Of a DNA stretch of 64,000 bases, positions 59,244 to 64,000 are shown in pieces. Source of the stretch: Alphaproteobacteria bacterium (lineage in GTDB: Bacteria; Pseudomonadota; Alphaproteobacteria; UBA828). The notes under the pieces are model-generated. The model ran no database searches. It saw nothing but the letters and a program-made list of their open reading frames with translations, and had not been told where the DNA came from. A program made the position numbers and the translations under genes. The DNA lies in contig OZ243972.1 in assembly GCA_965214705.1 (NCBI GenBank), positions 1,600,001-1,664,000 of the forward strand, given 5' to 3'. Position 1 is the first letter of the stretch. Every line of letters begins with the position of its first letter.

Positions 59244-60065
59244 ATGCGAAAGCCTCTTGCGACGTTGTTCATTCTGGCCATCTCGATGAGCCTGGCGGCC
59301 TGCGCCGACAACGACCGGATCACCGTCCGGGAGCTCGGAGACCGGGCCGGGCTGTCGGCGCCGGTCGAGTCGGCGGCGGAACAGGCCCTGCGGGCAACGG
59401 GCATCGTCGAGCGAAGCGACTCACTGATTATGTCCACGCACTTTGTGGAAACCGACAACCCCGACATTCCGCCATCCCGGATCTGGACGGATTGCAGCGG
59501 AGACAGCTGCACGCTGACCGATTCCCTGTCCGGCGCATCCCATACGGTCAGCCTCACCGATCTCGAGATCATGGCCGACGCCTCCGAAGCCCTCGGCACC
59601 AGGCACGGCGTCACCCTGACATGGGACGAATCTCGCCACGATGGCGCCGACGCGACGGCGCTCGGCGCTTGGATGGATCACGGCGCGTTCCTGCTCCAGA
59701 CGAACATCGCGCGCACCGAGGAAGCCGACCTCGACATCCGCTCCGCGATAGTCGTAGGCAATGCGACGGACATGCCGCTCACCGGCAGCGCGACGTGGCT
59801 CGGCCTCATGGCCGGCACGCCGGTTGCCGGCGAGGCCCGCGGCAACCGGCTGATAGGGACTGCGGCCCTGAACTACGACATGGACGCCGGCGGCGGGCTT
59901 GATGTCGCCTTCAGCGCAATCACGGATGTCGACCGGAATCGGCCGCACACGACCGCGACGATCCTGTTCCCCGACGTGCCGCTCGTCCCGGGCGGGACGT
60001 TCGAGACCGGCCGCACCGGCGACCGCATCCACGGCGCATTGAACGAAGCCGCTACGCGGAGTTAG
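59244..60065 (+). CDS. Lipoprotein with a TbpB-like beta-barrel, probably truncated at the C-terminus by the adjacent element
   Basis: Lipobox LAAC; GSATWLGLMAG, LDVAFS and RIHGA, then an abrupt change in sequence at 60041. Confidence 0.65.
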   Translation: MRKPLATLFILAISMSLAACADNDRITVRELGDRAGLSAPVESAAEQALRATGIVERSDSLIMSTHFVETDNPDIPPSRIWTDCSGDSCTLTDSLSGASHTVSLTDLEIMADASEALGTRHGVTLTWDESRHDGADATALGAWMDHGAFLLQTNIARTEEADLDIRSAIVVGNATDMPLTGSATWLGLMAGTPVAGEARGNRLIGTAALNYDMDAGGGLDVAFSAITDVDRNRPHTTATILFPDVPLVPGGTFETGRTGDRIHGALNEAATRS

Positions 60066-60269
60066 CGGCGTAGAGTTCATTCATTTCCGAGGCGTCGCGG
60101 GTGCCGTTTGTTCTGTGCGTTCGCTTCCCGGTTGCGTCAGTGGCGCTCCGCCCGTCGGGTGGCGGATCCCCAGCAGCCTCCCGATCACCAGTGGTTAGTA
60201 TCGACCCCTGCGACGGACCGTCGCCGGATCGGTCCGGCGGCGCGCCGTCGCGATCCAGGGAGATCGATA

Positions 60270-61148
60270 ATGACCGGGACCGCGTGCGACACGAACACCG
60301 TCACCCCTCTTCGCCAGCGCATGGAGGAGCAGCTCCGCATCGCCAATCTGGCCGCGAGCACGTCCAAGGCCTACATCTGCGAGATCAAGAACCTGGCCAG
60401 GTACTACGACGCCTCGCCGGACGAGCTCGACGCCGAGCAGGTGCGCCAGTGGTACCTGGGGCGGATCGACAAGGGGCTCAGTCCGGGCACGACCAACGTC
60501 TCCTTCGCCGCGCTGAACTTCCTCTACATCGACACACTCGGCTGGCCTGACCATGTCGCCGGCCTGCGCTCCCGCAAGAAGCCCGGCAAGCTGCCGCGCT
60601 ACATGTCGGAGCAGGAGGTCGAGCACCTCATCCTTGCGACACCCGACCTCCGCCACCGTGCTGCCATTGTCACCGGCTATGGCGGCGGGCTCCGCATCTC
60701 CGAGACCTTGGCCATCAAGGTCGGCGACATCCTGTCGGAGAAGAAGCTGCTGCACATCCCCTCCGGCAAAGGCGGCACCGAGAGAATGGCACCGTTGCCG
60801 GACATCGTCATCCACTACTTGCGCGTCTACTACAGGAACATCTGGCCGCGTCCGACGAGCTGGCTCTTCTACGGCGTCTCGCTCGACAGGCCCATCGCAA
60901 CGGAGACCTTGCAGGCCGCCTTCAGGAGGGCGCGCGACATTGCCGAGCTCGACCGCAGCTACACCTTCCATTGCCTGCGCCATTCGGCGGCGACCCATCT
61001 CCTCGAGCGCGGCGGCGATATCGAGGTGATCCGGGACATGCTCGGCCATCGAAGCGCGAACACGACCCGTCACTACGCCCGCGTCACCGGCAAGATGTTC
61101 GAGGGCCTCGACCACCCGATCTCAGGCTTCGCAGCGTTGCGCAACTGA
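60270..61148 (+). CDS. Tyrosine recombinase (XerC/phage integrase family)
   Basis: GLRISE, GKGG, HCLRH, LGH and terminal HY catalytic residues are all present. Confidence 0.92.
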   Translation: MTGTACDTNTVTPLRQRMEEQLRIANLAASTSKAYICEIKNLARYYDASPDELDAEQVRQWYLGRIDKGLSPGTTNVSFAALNFLYIDTLGWPDHVAGLRSRKKPGKLPRYMSEQEVEHLILATPDLRHRAAIVTGYGGGLRISETLAIKVGDILSEKKLLHIPSGKGGTERMAPLPDIVIHYLRVYYRNIWPRPTSWLFYGVSLDRPIATETLQAAFRRARDIAELDRSYTFHCLRHSAATHLLERGGDIEVIRDMLGHRSANTTRHYARVTGKMFEGLDHPISGFAALRN

Positions 61149-61451
61149 CGGCGCGTGGAGGCCGAACGCGCGGGCGTGGCGGAGATCTTCCGCCGCGCCG
61201 GCGCCGCTTTCCGTGAGCGCCACAAAGGGCGCATCGACGCCGCCCGGCTCAAGGTCATGGGCGCCATCGAGGCGTGCCGCACCGCCGTGCTCGGCGGCCA
61301 CATGTACGCCTGCGAGGGCTGCGGGCGCGAGCATCCGCTCTTCAGATACCATGAGCACGGTGGCACCGAATCGATTCTGGCGGTTAGACAAGCTCGGAGA
61401 GAAGGCCAGCACCTTCTCTCCGAGCGGAATCGTCAACAACGGAGTGGACGG

Positions 61452-62648
61452 ATGTCGGATGGTCCAGACACGACCGCGCTGACAGGCGCAAGTAGTAGCA
61501 CGATTTATGTCGCGGTGGAGATCAGCCTCAAATCGTGGATCGTTGGCGTGCATTGCCCGGATGCCTCGGGTGGCAGCATCAGCATCCACACACTGGCTGC
61601 TGCCGACACGGCGGGACTGTTGGATCTCGTCGGGTCGGTGCGGGAACGGGTGGCGAGGGAGCTCGGCGCCCGTCCTCGGGTGATGCTGACCTACGAGGCG
61701 GGCTACGAGGGGTTCTGGCTTGCCCGCGATATCGAGCGCCGTGACGCGGAGATCGATATCTTCATGAACGATCCGGCGAGCCTGCGGGTGAACCGGCGCG
61801 CCAAGAAGAAAAAGACCGACCGTATCGACGCGAGGAGGATGGTTCGGGCTCTGAAGGCATGGGACCAAGGCGATTCGGAGGCCATGTCCTGGGTGCGCGT
61901 GCCCGATGTGGACCAGGAGGATGCCAAGCGCCTGCTGCGCGAGAGGGACACGCTGATCAGCGAGCGTACCCGCGTCAACAACCGGATCAAAGGGCTCTTG
62001 CAGTTGCACGGCATCTTCGATCTGGCGCCGCGCAAGCCGGACTTCCTCGAACGCCTCGCGACCGCGCGGACGGGCTATGGGGCGCCGTTGCCGCCGCGTG
62101 CGCGGGCAGAGATTGAGAGGGCGGTGGGGATGCTTCGCCTGGTTGAGGAGCATATCGAGATGATCGAGGCCGAGAAGAGGGCCCTGCTGAAGGCTGGCCG
62201 GAAAGCCCAGGACGCGACCAATCGTGACGGGACGGCGATGATCGCGGCGCTTACGCGCATCCATGGCATCGGCCTCAATGACGCCACACTGCTGGCTGGC
62301 GAGGTGTTCTATCGGGACTTCCGCAATCGCCGGGAGTTGGGCAGCTGGGCCGGGTTGACGTCGGTGCCGTGGGCGAGCGGAGATGTCGACCACGATCTTG
62401 GCATCAGCAAGGCCGGCCCCTCGCATGTCAGGAAGCACATGATCCAGATGGCTTGGCGCTGGCTGAAGCTGCAACCGGAAAGCGCGATCACGAAGTGGTT
62501 CCACGCCTACGTCGCCAGGGATGCCGGTGGCGGGAGGGACCGGCGAGCGAGGAAGCGGGCGATCGTGGGGGTCGCGCGCAAGCTGCTGATCGCGCTGTGG
62601 CGCTATGCCACCCAAGGACTGGTGCCTGAGGGCGCCATCGTCTCCTGA
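61452..62648 (+). CDS. IS110-family DEDD recombinase/transposase
   Basis: YVAVEIS, YEAG, KTDRIDA, GIG, AGLT...SG, GISKAG and VARKL. Confidence 0.92.
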   Translation: MSDGPDTTALTGASSSTIYVAVEISLKSWIVGVHCPDASGGSISIHTLAAADTAGLLDLVGSVRERVARELGARPRVMLTYEAGYEGFWLARDIERRDAEIDIFMNDPASLRVNRRAKKKKTDRIDARRMVRALKAWDQGDSEAMSWVRVPDVDQEDAKRLLRERDTLISERTRVNNRIKGLLQLHGIFDLAPRKPDFLERLATARTGYGAPLPPRARAEIERAVGMLRLVEEHIEMIEAEKRALLKAGRKAQDATNRDGTAMIAALTRIHGIGLNDATLLAGEVFYRDFRNRRELGSWAGLTSVPWASGDVDHDLGISKAGPSHVRKHMIQMAWRWLKLQPESAITKWFHAYVARDAGGGRDRRARKRAIVGVARKLLIALWRYATQGLVPEGAIVS

Positions 62649-62984
62649 GGGCACCGGCCGAACGAACGGGAAAATACAGGAGGTTCCGACGTGGTCGGAC
62701 GCGGCCGCGGAGGATGCCGGGCAAGGCGTGTGACCGGGCAAGAGTTGGGTCGCCGCTTGGCACCGTTCTACAGATGGGTCCCGCCTCCCGGAACGTCACC
62801 ACCGCTTGGATGCGGTATTGGGGTCACGGAGCCGGCAAGCGCCGGAGTTCCGAACCGGATAAGAGCTGAGCAGCGTGGCGGATCGCTGCGTGGAAACGAC
62901 GTTCTGCCTGGACATCGGCCGCGGATTCGAGTGGAGAGATTGCGAATGCCATTGACGTAGATGAAGCCGGGCCTTGCGGAGAGA
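62649..62984 (+). ncRNA. Candidate bridge/seekRNA region of the IS1111-type element
   Basis: Non-coding 3' end with short matches to both strands of the reconstructed target and of the circle junction (see findings). Exact RNA ends are unknown. Confidence 0.6.
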
Positions 62985-64000
62985 GCTCATAAGAACTCCT
63001 GCCGCAACCGCCACTGCCCCACCTGCCAGGGTCTCGCCGCCAACCTCTGGAGCGAGGAGCGCGCCGGGGACATCCTGCCGGTGCCCTACTTCCATGTGGT
63101 CTTCACCCTGCCCAAGGAGGTTGCCGCCATTGCCTTCTGCAACCGCAGGGTGGTGTTCGACATCCTCTTCCGGGCCGTCGCCGAGACCCTGCGCACCATC
63201 GCCGCCGATCCCCGCCACGGCGGCATGCGCATCGGCGGCACCGCGGTCCTCCATACCTGGGATCAGAAGCTCCGCTTCCACCCGCACCTGCACGTGGTCG
63301 TGCCCAACGCGGGCTTCGACGTAGACAGTGGCGAGTGGAAGACGGGGAGCACCACCTTCCTCGCCCCCGTCAAGGTCCTCGGCAGCCTGTTCCGCCGCCT
63401 CTTCCTCGAGGAGCTCGCCCGCGCCCACGGCCGGGGGGACCTGGAGTTCCACGGCACCCTCGCCCACCTCGCCAATCCCGGCGAGTTCCACGCCACGCTT
63501 GCCGCCGCCCGGGCCAGGGACTGGGTGGTCTACGCCAAGCGGCCCTTCCGCGGGCCTGAGCAGGTCTTCCGGTACCTCTCGCACTACACGCACAGGATCG
63601 CCATCTCCGACAGCCGCATCGTCTCCTTCGACGGCGAGACGGTCTCCTTCCGCCACCGAAAGCCCAAGGCGCCGGGGCAGAGAAAGCCGCGCTACGGCAT
63701 CGCCACCGTGAGCGCCGACGAGTTCATCCGCCGCTTCCTGAGGCACGTCCTGCCGGACGGCATGCACCGCATTCGCTACTTCGGCATCCTCGCCAACGGC
63801 TGCCGCGCCAGCACGCTGGAGAGAGCACGCCAGGCTCTCGGCGCCCTCGGCTGCGCCGCCCCCGAGGGAAGCGTGGACGGCGCTCGGGCCGAGCCCGACG
63901 AAGAGCCCGAGATCGGCACCGCGCCCGTGGCCTGCCCCCACTGCGGCGGCGTCATGCGCCTCGTCCGCGAAATCCGCCGCCGCCATGAGCCCCGCTCGAC

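Larger units (their letters stand above)
61344..62993 (+). mobile_element. IS110-family, IS1111-type element
   Basis: No TSD; sub-terminal IR ATGAGC/GCTCAT, 7 nt from the left end and 3 nt from the right end; long 3' non-coding region. Confidence 0.88.
60041..64000 (+). mobile_element. IS91-like rolling-circle element with an upstream tyrosine recombinase (runs off the window)
   Basis: Coupled integrase and Y2 transposase genes. The candidate left boundary GAAC at 60041 is followed by an inverted repeat (CTACGC...GCGTAG). Confidence 0.75.
61155..64000 (+). pseudogene. IS91-family (Zn-finger + Y2 HUH) transposase interrupted by an IS110-family element
   Basis: CRTAVLGGH..CEGC..HPLF resumes at 62994 as NSCRNRHCPTCQ, YFHVVFTLP, HTW, HPHLH and YLSHYTHR. 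Confidence 0.9.

Noticed and set aside
60270-61148. Tyrosine recombinase as the ICE integrase
   Set aside because: Short XerC-like type coupled to an IS91 transposase, with no arm-binding domain and no adjacent tRNA or att site.

Overview
High-GC (proteobacterial-looking) accessory DNA dominated by one long, mostly translationally coupled minus-strand block (~53.0 kb to ~8.3 kb) that reads as an unusual conjugative element. In order: a split FseA-like (DUF6499/DUF2285) activator, an FseA-box-like inverted repeat, a tandem-domain RdfS-like excisionase, a type IVb pilus cluster (pilN-O, two extra secreted proteins, pilP-Q-R-S, two pilV paralogues, prepilin peptidase-TcpQ fusion), a Dot/Icm/IncI-type (MPF-I) T4BSS (dotD, dotC, dotB, icmT, dsb, dotI, dotH, dotG, traQ, traR, traU, ssb, traL, traW, dotA), and a TraD/TrwB coupling protein with a MOBF TrwC relaxase instead of the usual DotL/DotM and MOBP set. 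The block is decaying: an ISAs1-DUF4338 element, a 165-bp MITE and two IS1634 elements interrupt genes, each with a visible target duplication, and traU is frameshifted. An 18-bp hairpin motif (CAGGGGAACNCCCYG) sits in frame in many of the genes, in different reading frames. Left flank: toprim, DUF2493, a small RHH-like gene, orphan aapJ, truncated sthA and small low-GC ORFs. Right flank: a fused kinase-regulator, an FNT transporter, pseudogenes, and a tyrosine-recombinase/IS91 element interrupted by an IS1111-type element whose candidate bridge/seekRNA guides and circle-junction promoter can be read in the sequence. All product calls come from motif recognition and gene order; no searches were run.
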